Below, in pieces: positions 7,783-17,400 of a stretch of 64,000 nt of DNA. The translations under genes and the position numbers were made by a program. Source of the stretch: an uncultured Lachnospiraceae bacterium. GTDB taxonomy: Bacteria; Bacillota; Clostridia; Lachnospirales; Lachnospiraceae. Each line of letters begins with the position of its first letter. The stretch's first letter is position 1. The notes below the pieces were generated by a model. It had not been told where the DNA came from. It saw nothing but the letters and a program-made list of their open reading frames with translations, and did not search any database. The stretch spans positions 1,997 to 65,996 of the forward strand of contig CAMNJZ010000001.1 of assembly GCA_946541955.1 (NCBI GenBank), given 5' to 3'.

Positions 7783-10044
7783 TTAATAATAAAGATCTTC
7801 CAATGATCCCTGTCTGGTCTTGGCCCCTTCTTTGACAGAGCTTCCGTAAGGGAAAGCAATATAGTCGGTGATCGCAAGGCCGGAAAGAACCTCATAGGAT
7901 TCGCCGGAAAGGCCGCCGACCCGGACATTCTGTCTGGCCAGCTTGCCGTTATCATCCTTGAAGACATATTTCTGTCCGTTTTCGTCCCTGATAAAGGCCT
8001 TGGAAATATAAATCTTTCCGCTTTCCTCAGGGCTTGTCTGGGCGGCGGATTTTTCCGCCCTGATCTCCAGATAATCGCCGTCCGACAGTTTGGCGGAAGG
8101 GTCTGAGATCGTAATGATCATAGGATAATAAGAGATATCATTTCTGTAGCCAAATCTGCCCGTCGTATCCGGATAAGGAGATACGCTCTTCACAGTCCCG
8201 TCATAGGTGCTGCCGTCCATATAGTTGAAGACGTAAACGGTGTCTCCCTCCTCGATGGTTCCCATATAGAGTTCGTTCAGACCGGACTGTACATACTGGC
8301 CGTTTTCAGAGATCACAGTCAGGAAAGGCGTTCCGTCGGTGGGCGGATTTTCCGGATCGGAAACGACACCCACGACGCCGTCCATCTCGGCCTTGACAGA
8401 GCCTTCATCCAGAGCTCTTCTGGCGGCCTTGATCTTGATATCACTCTCACGCAGATCCAGCTCCAGCGTGCGGATCGTCTTCCTGGCTTCCTTCCTTGCA
8501 TCCTCCAGTTCTTCCTTGGTATAGGATGCATCGGAGGAAATCAGAGAGCTGCTGCTGCCTCCCTGCTCTGCATCTGTAAAAATGACGCGGTTTCCCTGGC
8601 CAAGATCCAGGATCAGATTCATGCCCTGTCCCGGCATGCCCTGCATGGCAGCACCGGTCAGACTACTGTCATTCTGACTGGGGGCAGGCTCCTGGGGATC
8701 CTGATTCTGATCGGTCGAAGGCTCGGCAGGTTCCTGATCGCCGGGCTGTTCAGGACCGGGAGCAGGGTCTGTGCCGGGTTCTGTCTGACTTCCGGGCTCC
8801 TGGGGATTCTGAGGGTCCTGAGGATTTTCAGGGTCCTGGGGATTCTCGGGATTTTCGGGGTCAACAGGCTCTTCTTCAGGCTCTTTTTCCTTCTCCTGCA
8901 GAACAAAGGACAGAACGTATTCCTTGCCGGATTCATAGCTCTCCTGAGAGGCACCCTGTCTCTGCCAGGAAAGAAGCAGATCGCCGTCCGCCCGGTCGCC
9001 TGCTCTGACCTCCAGAACATAGTGGACCGGATTCCCGTCAGAACCTGTCTTTCCTGCCATGGCGTTGAGGAAGTCGCCGGTAATGACGGCGTCCTTTGTG
9101 CAAAGGAAGCGAAGGGGATTGGTATCGGAGCCCAGAGGATCCTCTTCAGAATCATCTGCGCTGTTATAGGGCTCTGCGCCCACATCCAGTCTGTCCACAG
9201 CCTGGGCGTCGGACTGGCTCTTTTTCACATCGCCTGCCAGATTGACGGAGCCTTCCCAATCATCGGGCGCTTCCTCCATGGTCGTGGCATCCATTTTCCA
9301 GGCTCTTTTAAGCATGCCGGTGGCTGTGTTGCCCTCTCTGACTTCCAGGACATAGTATACAGGCGTATGACTGCCTTCAGCGCCCTCCTGGGGCTGGACC
9401 GAGGCTGCCTTGCCAAGGGCCATCTGACGGACACTGTTGAGGAACTGGCCTGTAATTACGGTTTCCTCACTGCACAGATACCGGTAGGGATTGTCTTCGG
9501 TTCCCAGGGGATTGTCCTTAGTTTCCTCTTCGATGTTGTAAGGCTGTGAGTTTTCATCCAGTCTCTGGGCCGGCGTGACATCGCTGTAGTCCGGCGCTTC
9601 CGGGATAGGAAAATCAGGGAAGTCATACCCGCCATCGCCCTCGGAGGAGGGTCTGAGCTTCTCCAGGGTGGCAAGATTCTTTCTTGCCACTTCCATCTGC
9701 AGCTCCAGCTTTTCTCTGGAGAGCTGCTCCTTTTCCAGGTTGATGGCAGTCTGGGTCGCATCGTACTTTAAAAGGATGTCTCCCTCTTTGACATGCTGTC
9801 CCTGCTCGACCAGAACAGAGTCCACGGTCTGGGTATCCAGCAGGTAAATGTCCTGGGTATAACCGGAGGCAACATAGCCGTCCATACTGTTCTCATAATC
9901 GCCCCAGGAATTATTCAGACTTTCGACGGGTACTACGACCACGGTTTTGCTGCGGCTGGCTGCAAAGGCGTTGCCGATTCCATAGACAAGTCCGACAGCC
10001 AGGGCAATACAAAGGATGATGGTCAGAATTCTGTTTTTCTTCAT
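7783..10044 (-). CDS. efflux adaptor (MFP/HlyD-like) with a large duplicated insertion and P/E/N/Q-rich linker
   Basis: N-terminal TM, lipoyl half VEQGQHVKEGDILL, coiled coil, second lipoyl half VKAEMDGVV, C-terminal EVLSGL..DYIAFP. Confidence 0.8.
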   Translation of the reverse strand: MKKNRILTIILCIALAVGLVYGIGNAFAASRSKTVVVVPVESLNNSWGDYENSMDGYVASGYTQDIYLLDTQTVDSVLVEQGQHVKEGDILLKYDATQTAINLEKEQLSREKLELQMEVARKNLATLEKLRPSSEGDGGYDFPDFPIPEAPDYSDVTPAQRLDENSQPYNIEEETKDNPLGTEDNPYRYLCSEETVITGQFLNSVRQMALGKAASVQPQEGAEGSHTPVYYVLEVREGNTATGMLKRAWKMDATTMEEAPDDWEGSVNLAGDVKKSQSDAQAVDRLDVGAEPYNSADDSEEDPLGSDTNPLRFLCTKDAVITGDFLNAMAGKTGSDGNPVHYVLEVRAGDRADGDLLLSWQRQGASQESYESGKEYVLSFVLQEKEKEPEEEPVDPENPENPQDPENPQDPQNPQEPGSQTEPGTDPAPGPEQPGDQEPAEPSTDQNQDPQEPAPSQNDSSLTGAAMQGMPGQGMNLILDLGQGNRVIFTDAEQGGSSSSLISSDASYTKEELEDARKEARKTIRTLELDLRESDIKIKAARRALDEGSVKAEMDGVVGVVSDPENPPTDGTPFLTVISENGQYVQSGLNELYMGTIEEGDTVYVFNYMDGSTYDGTVKSVSPYPDTTGRFGYRNDISYYPMIITISDPSAKLSDGDYLEIRAEKSAAQTSPEESGKIYISKAFIRDENGQKYVFKDDNGKLARQNVRVGGLSGESYEVLSGLAITDYIAFPYGSSVKEGAKTRQGSLEDLYY

Positions 10045-10718
10045 ATCTTGACCTCCGTATTCAGCAGACCGTCGCGGATCTCCACGATCCTGTCCGCATA
10101 GCCTGCAATTTCCGCATCATGGGTGATCATAAGGATCGTCACGCCGTCATCGTTCAGTTCCCGGAACAGCTGCATGACCTGTTTGCCTGATGCAGAGTCC
10201 AGGGCGCCGGTGGGTTCGTCCGCCAGCAGGATCTTGGGATGATTGATCATGGCCCTTGCTATGGCGACCCTCTGTTTCTGACCGCCCGAAAGCTGATTGG
10301 GCATGAAGCCCACTCTTTCGGAAAGTCCTACTCTTCCCAGCATTTCAATGGCTCTTTCCTTCCTTTCCCTTCTGGAAACGCCAGCATAGGAAAGGGGCAG
10401 GGCCACATTGTCCATGGCGGACATATAAGGAAGAAGCTGGAAGGTCTGGAATACAAATCCGATCTTCTCCAGCCGGATATCCGACATTTCATTATCGGAA
10501 TAGGAGGAAACGTCCTGTCCGTCCAGAAAATATCTGCCGCTGCTGGGCTGATCCAGACATCCGATCAGATTCATCAGCGTGGATTTGCCGGAGCCGGAAG
10601 GTCCCATAATGGCCGTATATTCCCCTTCCTCCATGGTAAAATTGATATGTTTCAGGATCTGGAATTCCAGGGTTCCCTGTATATAGCTCTTGCAGATATC
10701 CTGCAGTTCAATGATCAT
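10041..10718 (-). CDS. ABC transporter ATP-binding protein (MacB/LolD type)
   Basis: GPSGSGKST, LSGGQKQRVAIARA, LADEPTGALD; alternative start at 10730. Confidence 0.95.
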   Translation of the reverse strand: MIIELQDICKSYIQGTLEFQILKHINFTMEEGEYTAIMGPSGSGKSTLMNLIGCLDQPSSGRYFLDGQDVSSYSDNEMSDIRLEKIGFVFQTFQLLPYMSAMDNVALPLSYAGVSRRERKERAIEMLGRVGLSERVGFMPNQLSGGQKQRVAIARAMINHPKILLADEPTGALDSASGKQVMQLFRELNDDGVTILMITHDAEIAGYADRIVEIRDGLLNTEVKI

Positions 10719-10760
10719 AGTATGCACCATCCGGTCATTTTGCCGGTCCTGTCTTTTGCT

Positions 10761-12041
10761 TTACATATCGCCGGTTTCGCCCATGTCTTCCATGCCGCCC
10801 ATGTCTTCCATCTGGTCCATGTCCTGCATGCCCTCTTCCGCAGGCTCCTGCATTTCCGCGGGAACGCACTTCATGCCTTCGGTAAAGGATTCATCCGGGA
10901 AGGCAATGGAGTCTTCCAGGCTAAGTCCCTCCTGGACATGGTACTTGAAAAGCTCATCATCGTAGTCTCCCACTTTGATGCTTCTCTTTTCCAGCCTGCC
11001 CTTTCCGTTGTCAGCCCAGACAAAGGGTGCATCGGGATCAGTAAAATCGATCATATATTCATCCAGCCAGATTCCGGACTTTTCTTCTTCCTGGCCATGA
11101 TCGATCTCCATATAGACATGCTGGCCCATCAGCAGGCCTTCGCTGGAATCCAGCTCCACATAGAAGGGGTAGGCGCTGGAGCCGGCGGAGTCTCCATACA
11201 TATTGTTCTGATTGGAATCAGTATTCTCTCTGTCCACCGTGGTGATCACGCCCTTCCAGGTCTGGTCATCCAGTCTGCTGTGAACGATCACATTCATTCC
11301 CTCAGAAACATTGTGCATATTCTGTTCATTGACGGTTCCCTTCACCCGGAAGTCGCCCGTCTTCATGATCACGATAAAGCCGGAATCCGTGCTGTTTCCG
11401 CCATAGGAGGGCTGACTGCCGCTGTCCTTGTTGATGCTCTTTACGACGCCCTCCATATCGCTGGTGACCGTCGCATGGGCAATGTTGTCCCTGATCTTGT
11501 CGAGCTCCAGCTCCTTGCTCTGGATATCATATTCCTGCTGCTTATAGTTCAGCTGCTGCTCCTGGATCTGGACCGTATAGTTGGCTTTCTCGGAGGAAGA
11601 GGCAGACTTCTTTTCTTTCTCCAGCTGGGCCACGGTGGTCTTGATGCTTTCAAGCTCATTCTGCATCCGCTCCAGCTCGATCTCGCCCTTGGAAAGATCT
11701 TCCTGATACTTATCCGTATCATAGGAAAACAGGGCCGTGCCGACTTCCACCTTGTCTCCGGTCTCTACAAAGATCTCGGCGATCTCACCGTCGTCTCTTT
11801 TATTGAAGGCCTTCGTCGCCTGGGGCTCGATTACGCCCGTAAAGCGGTTGAAAACGCCATTGGACGCATACTGACCGGTCAGCTGCGCCACAGAGGAGAC
11901 ATATGCTACATTGTCGCCCTTGTCAGATTCCTTTCCCTTTCCGTTCAGGAACCAAAAGATTCCGAGAGCGGCCGCCACAATCACGACGGCTGCGATGATC
12001 ATTTTCCTGTTTTTTCTGGCTTTCAGAATTTTGTTCTCCAT
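10761..12041 (-). CDS. efflux adaptor (MFP, YknX-like)
   Basis: N-terminal TM, VETGDKVEVG lipoyl half, coiled coil, VTSDMEGVV; acidic Met-rich tail. Confidence 0.88.
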   Translation of the reverse strand: MENKILKARKNRKMIIAAVVIVAAALGIFWFLNGKGKESDKGDNVAYVSSVAQLTGQYASNGVFNRFTGVIEPQATKAFNKRDDGEIAEIFVETGDKVEVGTALFSYDTDKYQEDLSKGEIELERMQNELESIKTTVAQLEKEKKSASSSEKANYTVQIQEQQLNYKQQEYDIQSKELELDKIRDNIAHATVTSDMEGVVKSINKDSGSQPSYGGNSTDSGFIVIMKTGDFRVKGTVNEQNMHNVSEGMNVIVHSRLDDQTWKGVITTVDRENTDSNQNNMYGDSAGSSAYPFYVELDSSEGLLMGQHVYMEIDHGQEEEKSGIWLDEYMIDFTDPDAPFVWADNGKGRLEKRSIKVGDYDDELFKYHVQEGLSLEDSIAFPDESFTEGMKCVPAEMQEPAEEGMQDMDQMEDMGGMEDMGETGDM

Positions 12042-12123
12042 GCTTCCTCCCTGTTGAAGGGGGCAGGCTTTGGCCCGCCATTCCCCCGCTTATGCCAGGC
12101 GGCACAAGCGTATGTCATTTTAA

Positions 12124-12165
12124 AGTATACTACGAGTACTGACTATATAATTACAAAAAATTACA
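12124..12165 (-). promoter_or_regulatory. putative activator-dependent promoter with a TGTAAT direct repeat
   Basis: Minus strand TGTAAT-N4-TGTAAT (12165-12150), no clear -35, TATACT at 12129-12124. Confidence 0.4.
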
Positions 12166-12292
12166 AACACCTGGCGAAGTCCAAAGCTGCAGGCCATGTC
12201 ACCTTCCAGGCGCAGGGCTTCCTTTTACAGGATACCTGTTTTCCGGGTAAACATTTTTACCAGGTTTGTTTATTATTATTCAGTCCTTCTGT

Positions 12293-13234
12293 TCATGTAT
12301 CCAGCAGATCAAAAAGATGGATCTGGGGGTCGATCCAGGACTTTTGCACCACGTCGTGGATCCGGTCCCCCTCCTCATAATGACCGATCAGAAAGGGCGA
12401 TGCAGGATCATGGCGGGCACTGTTCCCAAGGACCAGGGCCGGATCGCTGTTGGCGTAGCAGTATCTGCACAGGTGCCTGCAGGTATCATAGGCTCCGATA
12501 TCACAGGAAAGAATGCAGGCGCATTCTTTCCTGGCCGGCTTTCTGGCAGGGGCCCTGAGCTTTTTTCCCAAGGCTTTTTCATAATCAGAAAGGGTCGCGC
12601 AGCCGCTGCAGTCGGCGCCAAGGGGCGCCAGTTCATCCCCTTCCGCGCAGGGTTTGACCCGCATTCCATGGGAGGCGGCGACCTTGATCATCTGCTCGCC
12701 AAGAAAGAGTCTGTCCTCCTTGGATACCTCCCGCGCCTCCGGGAAGTTCATTTTCACCTTCTGATACAGATCTATAAAGCTGATGACAACAGTTCTCGTA
12801 TATCCCTCCAGGGCTTCTGCCATCTGGGAAAAGGCCCGCAGATGATAGTCTCTGCTGTAGCGTTCGTTCAAAAGGATCGGATCATAACGCCAGACCAGGG
12901 CGTCCGGTCCCACGCTTTCAGACAGGGTCTGAAAGGACCGCAGCAGGACGTGCTTGTCCGGCACATTCGGCTCTATGTCTCTCCCATAGGGCGTGATGGT
13001 CATATACCAGAGCTGGCCGTAATCCTTCAAAAGATCCATGTAGGGAAACATGGGGGCCGGATTCTTTGTGCAGAAAACGATCAGATCCACAAGAGCAGGA
13101 TCCAGTTTATAGCGGCTGACCTGGCTTGGATCAAAGGGATTTCTGACACAGACATAGCCCTCCTTCAGACGGTTGGCAAGCCATGGGGCGTAAAAGGCCG
13201 GGATATCGGTCCTCTGCCCTGTATTGATGATCAT
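12293..13234 (-). CDS. DUF1848 family protein
   Basis: MIINTGQRTDIPAFY, VRNP, FCTKNP, WRYDPI, ISFID, C-terminal CAC..DIGAYDTCRHLCRYCYAN. Confidence 0.9.
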   Translation of the reverse strand: MIINTGQRTDIPAFYAPWLANRLKEGYVCVRNPFDPSQVSRYKLDPALVDLIVFCTKNPAPMFPYMDLLKDYGQLWYMTITPYGRDIEPNVPDKHVLLRSFQTLSESVGPDALVWRYDPILLNERYSRDYHLRAFSQMAEALEGYTRTVVISFIDLYQKVKMNFPEAREVSKEDRLFLGEQMIKVAASHGMRVKPCAEGDELAPLGADCSGCATLSDYEKALGKKLRAPARKPARKECACILSCDIGAYDTCRHLCRYCYANSDPALVLGNSARHDPASPFLIGHYEEGDRIHDVVQKSWIDPQIHLFDLLDT

Positions 13235-13272
13235 AGACTGTCCTTTCTGGGGTTGTATGAGATGGGCGAGTG

Positions 13273-13312
13273 CAGAACTGTCCCTTGCAGAGCGCTGCAG
13301 GGGACAGTTCTG
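13273..13312. repeat. intergenic palindrome (REP-like or terminator)
   Basis: CAGAACTGTCCCTTGCAG-AGCG-CTGCAGGGGACAGTTCTG. Confidence 0.6.
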
Positions 13313-13318
13313 TCTGAA

Positions 13319-14242
13319 TCAATTTTCTGCCTGTTTCTTTTTTCTGATCTCAAACCAGTAGAAAAGAAAAACGATGCCAATGACATGGACGAGAATGGAT
13401 GTCATGGAGCCCTCGGGGCCAAAGCTCGTGCTGTAGAAGAAGCTGTCTCTGGCGTTTGCAGCGTCCAGCTTAAAAATAGAATAAGGCACGACGATGCCGC
13501 TGTTGGGCAGGCCCATCAGGAAGTTCTGGGTAAAGTTCCATGCTGCATGAGAACCGAAGGCGCACCAGATGCTGTCAAAGTATACAAGCATCTGCGCAAA
13601 GAGTACGCCGCTGAGCATACAGGAAAGGACGCCGATCACGGTAGATCCCTCGTTGCTGATATGGACAGCGCCGAAGAGGAAGCCGGAAATCAGGATGGCA
13701 GCCCACGGATGCCCAAATCTCTGCAGGACCTTCCGGAAATAGTAGCCTCTGAAGACCATCTCCTCCGCGGAGGACTGGATAAATACCAAAACAGCCAGAA
13801 GAAGCACTGCCGGAAGATGAAAGGAATAAAAATATACATGAATGTCGCCGTGCAGCATGGCAAGGACATTGCAGAACATGTTCATGCCAAAGCCGGTCAA
13901 AAGGCCGATCAGAAGGTTTTTGAAGGTATTGCCGCCGCCATATCCCAGCTTTTTGAGCATGAAGCGGTTCTTCTTACGGCACATGACCAGGATCCCCACG
14001 ATCCATACACCGATAAAAACAGCATACATGGATCCTGATACAAGTACACTGCCCCAGAGAGTGCTCCCGCTCTCTGTCATTTCATTGCCGATCAGATCTG
14101 CGATCAGATAAAGAGGCATTCCGATCAGCTGACCGCAGATCACGATCAGATCGGTCATGACCGCAAAAAAGATCAGATAAAGGATGCCGCCCACCGGCGT
14201 TTCAATAAATCCTGCCAGTTTTTCCTTCCAAGTCGTTTTCAT
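13319..14242 (-). CDS. CPBP (CAAX/Abi) intramembrane metalloprotease
   Basis: QSSAEEMVFRGY, FGAVH, HAAWN; multiple TM segments. Confidence 0.92.
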   Translation of the reverse strand: MKTTWKEKLAGFIETPVGGILYLIFFAVMTDLIVICGQLIGMPLYLIADLIGNEMTESGSTLWGSVLVSGSMYAVFIGVWIVGILVMCRKKNRFMLKKLGYGGGNTFKNLLIGLLTGFGMNMFCNVLAMLHGDIHVYFYSFHLPAVLLLAVLVFIQSSAEEMVFRGYYFRKVLQRFGHPWAAILISGFLFGAVHISNEGSTVIGVLSCMLSGVLFAQMLVYFDSIWCAFGSHAAWNFTQNFLMGLPNSGIVVPYSIFKLDAANARDSFFYSTSFGPEGSMTSILVHVIGIVFLFYWFEIRKKKQAEN

Positions 14243-14329
14243 AGTATTTTGAACTGTTTCTCCCTTTAAAAATGGTTTGAAAAGTAGCCTTTCAGTTGCT
14301 TAAATGTTTGCTTAAAGGTTTTCGTAAGC

Positions 14330-14358
14330 ATTATAGCATCCTGAAAAATGCAGGTCAA
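14330..14358 (-). promoter_or_regulatory. sigma-A promoter of the CPBP gene
   Basis: Minus strand TTGACC, 17 bp, TGnTATAAT. Confidence 0.7.
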
Positions 14359-14398
14359 CCGGGCGGAAAAACACTTTGGCCGGGTAAAAATGGCAAGC

Positions 14399-14423
14399 AA
14401 AAAAGGCCCCGAAGGGCCTTTTT
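14399..14423. terminator. intrinsic terminator after the adhesin gene
   Basis: AAAAAAAGGCCC-CGAA-GGGCCTTTTT. Confidence 0.85.
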
Positions 14424-14448
14424 CGTTGCAGGCTTTCGCCCTGTATGA

Positions 14449-17400
14449 TCAGTGTTTTTTCTTTCGAGAAAGGATTCCCAGGGCCCCTGCGCCCAGAAGG
14501 CCGATCAGGGCCGCGCTGGCAAAGAAGGCCGGCCTGGTCTCATCTCCTGTTTTTGGCTTTTCCGGAGGAGGCGTCAGATGGATGGTCTGGTCCTCATCCT
14601 CCAGATCGGCGTGGACCGCCACCTCTGTCTCCTCCACCAGGAGCCGTTCAAAGGCTACCAGGGTCCTGCTGCCAAGTCCATCTGCGTCAAAGGTGAAGGT
14701 CAGAGAAACACTTCCGTCAGCGCTTTCTGCTGTAAAGGCGGTCTTTGCTGTCACTTCCTTCCCTTTTACCAGCAGGGGTTTGCCGGTGGCCTTGTCCATC
14801 AGGACCCCCGTCACCTGATACTGGGTTCCAGGCAGCAGATTTTTGTATTCCACATGATCTGTCACTTTGACACTGCCGGAGGGCGCCGCTGATTTTCCGC
14901 CCTCTACAGAAGCCTTCGTGGCAATGGAAGGATAAAAGATCATCTCCTCCTGATCCTCCGGATCTTCATGGGCTACGATCAGGTCTCCCTCTTCCGTATA
15001 GATGGACTGGAAGGCCACCAGGGTCCCTCCGTAGAAACCTTCTGCGGAAAAATGGAAGGTCACGGGAACCTCCCCGGAAAGGGCCGTATTGGTAAAGGCG
15101 GCCTGGGCCGTTACTTCTCTGCCCTCCAGGTCTTTGATGGGAAGACCCGTCTTCTGATCCACCAGAAGGCCCTTTGCGATGTAGGACCCGGGCATCAGAT
15201 TGCTGTATTCCACATAGTCGGTCACAGAGGCTTCTTTCCCTGCAGCCCCGGTCCTGGTCTCTGTCAGATCATCCTGGGCTCTGGTGCAGACTGCGGGGTA
15301 GTGGATGCTCTGGTCTTCGTCTTCCAGGTCGGCATGGACCGCCACCAGCAGGTCTTCTCTGTAAAGCCTTTCAAAGCAGACCAGGGTCTCCCCCTGAAGG
15401 AGGGAGGAATCAAAGGTAAAGGTCAGCTCGACGCTGCCCGATGCCTGTTCCGGAGTGAAGGTCACAGAGCTTGTGATTTCCTTTCCTTCCCTGTCCAGAA
15501 GGGGCGTGCAGCTGGATTTGCACATAAGGGTCCCCTGCATGGTATAGACAGTGGGACGCTCCATGGTGGAAGGGATCAGGTTGGAATAAAAGACCCTGTC
15601 CCGGATGGTCGTTTCCTTTTGGATGACGCCTCCATGGGTCCCTGTCAGATCGTCTGTCAGGGAGGTGGCAATTTCAGGATAATGCACGGACTGTTCTTCG
15701 TCCTTCATGTCATGATGGGAAGCGGTGACCACGCCCTTATGGATCAGATCCTCACAGACCACCGCCGTCTTTCCGGCAAGCAGGGAGGAGGGCAGGACAA
15801 ATACCAGCTCCAGGCTCTCCTCTTTCTGGGACGCCGTAAAGGTTCTGCTGGCGCGGATGGCTTCTCCCTTTTCATTGGTCAGTTCCTTTCCCTCTGCCTG
15901 GTCCCAGACGCTGCCCTGCAGGGTATATTCCATACCGGGAACAAGGCCTGTCATTTTGACCCTGTCTGTGATCTTCGTCTCCTCCGGCATGCCAAGGAGC
16001 CTGCCAAGGCCCGGAATGCCCAGATGGTCTTTGCTTGTCATGTCGCAGGCCGTGGTCCGGACCTGGGGATAGGTGACTGCCTGTTCCTGGTCTGTAAGAT
16101 CGGCATGGGCTGCCACGGTAAGGCCCTTATGGGTCAGCTCTTCAAAGCATACCAGAGTATGGCCTTCCAGAAGGCTGGCGTCAAAGGTGAAAAGAAGCTC
16201 GATGGCGCCGTCTCTTCGTTCAGCCGTGAAGGTCCGGGAAGCCGTGATCTCCTTCCCGTTCGAAAGCAGGGCCTCTCCCGTTTCCTGATTCATAAGGCGC
16301 CCTGATACCGTATATTCGGCGCCCGGCACAAGATTGCTGTAGGTCACGATATCTCTCAGGACCACCTTGCTGCTGACCTGTCCCACATGGTCCTCGGTCA
16401 GTGCATCCGAAGCATTGGTCCGGATCCTGGGGGCATAGACGGTCTGGGCAGGGTCCTCCAGATCCCTGTGTTCGCAGAGAAGGCGGCCTTCCAGATCGTA
16501 AAGGGTCTCGGCAGCCGTAAGCGTCGTTCCGCCAAACCCTTCCGGGGCGTCAAAGGAGAACTCCGCCTGGACCTCTCCCTGTCCGGAGGGATCCGCGGTA
16601 AAGGTCACCTGGGCCGATACGTCCTTTCCGCCGGCCTGGAAAGCCTGGCCGCTTTTGCTGTCAAAAAGAAGGCCCTCTGCCTTATAGGTCGCTCCTCCTT
16701 CCAGGCCCTGATAGCGGATCGTATCCAGGATCACGATCCTGCCGCTTTCCGCAAGGACCTGGTCCCTGGAAGCTGCAGATACGGCCTTTGTCCCGATCCG
16801 GGGGAAGGAAACCGTCTGCTCGGCGTCATCAGGGTCCGCATGCTTTGCGATCTCATTTCCTTCTTCGTCATAAATATATTCGAAGCACACCAGAGACCTC
16901 CCCGCCAGGGCGGAGGCGTCCAGGGTAAAGCGGATGGTCATGGTTTCCTGGGCCCTGGATAAGGTCCTGGTCCTTTCGCCGGAGAGGATTTCCTCTCCTG
17001 TCTCCCTGTCCGTCAATACGCTTTTGATTCGGATCTCTTTCCCTACATACTCATAGAAATCGCTGAGAGAGACCTTATCCTGCAGAACGATATTCTCTTC
17101 GGCCCGAAGGCACTTGTGTCCCTTCTCATCGCTGAGGAGGGTCCTGACAGACAGGTCTCTGTAATTGACGATCCTATCCAGGGTCAGGGCTGTTTCCTTC
17201 TCGATTTTGAAGGTCACCGGGTCTGCAAGCCTGTAGCCCTCGTTGGCGTCACAGGCGGTCTCCTTCAGGGTGTAGGTTCCGTAGGGCAGCCTCTGCCTGT
17301 CCTTCTCTTCTTCCTTTTCGGAGTCATAGGCCCCGCTTTCGTCTGTATAGACAGTCCAGGAGGCGCCGGATTCCTGGCAGGTGAGAAGGAAGGGGATCCC

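Noticed and set aside
13273-13312. Palindrome as a member of a REP family
   Set aside because: Only one copy was seen in the window and no RAYT gene; it cannot be distinguished from a terminator or processing stem.
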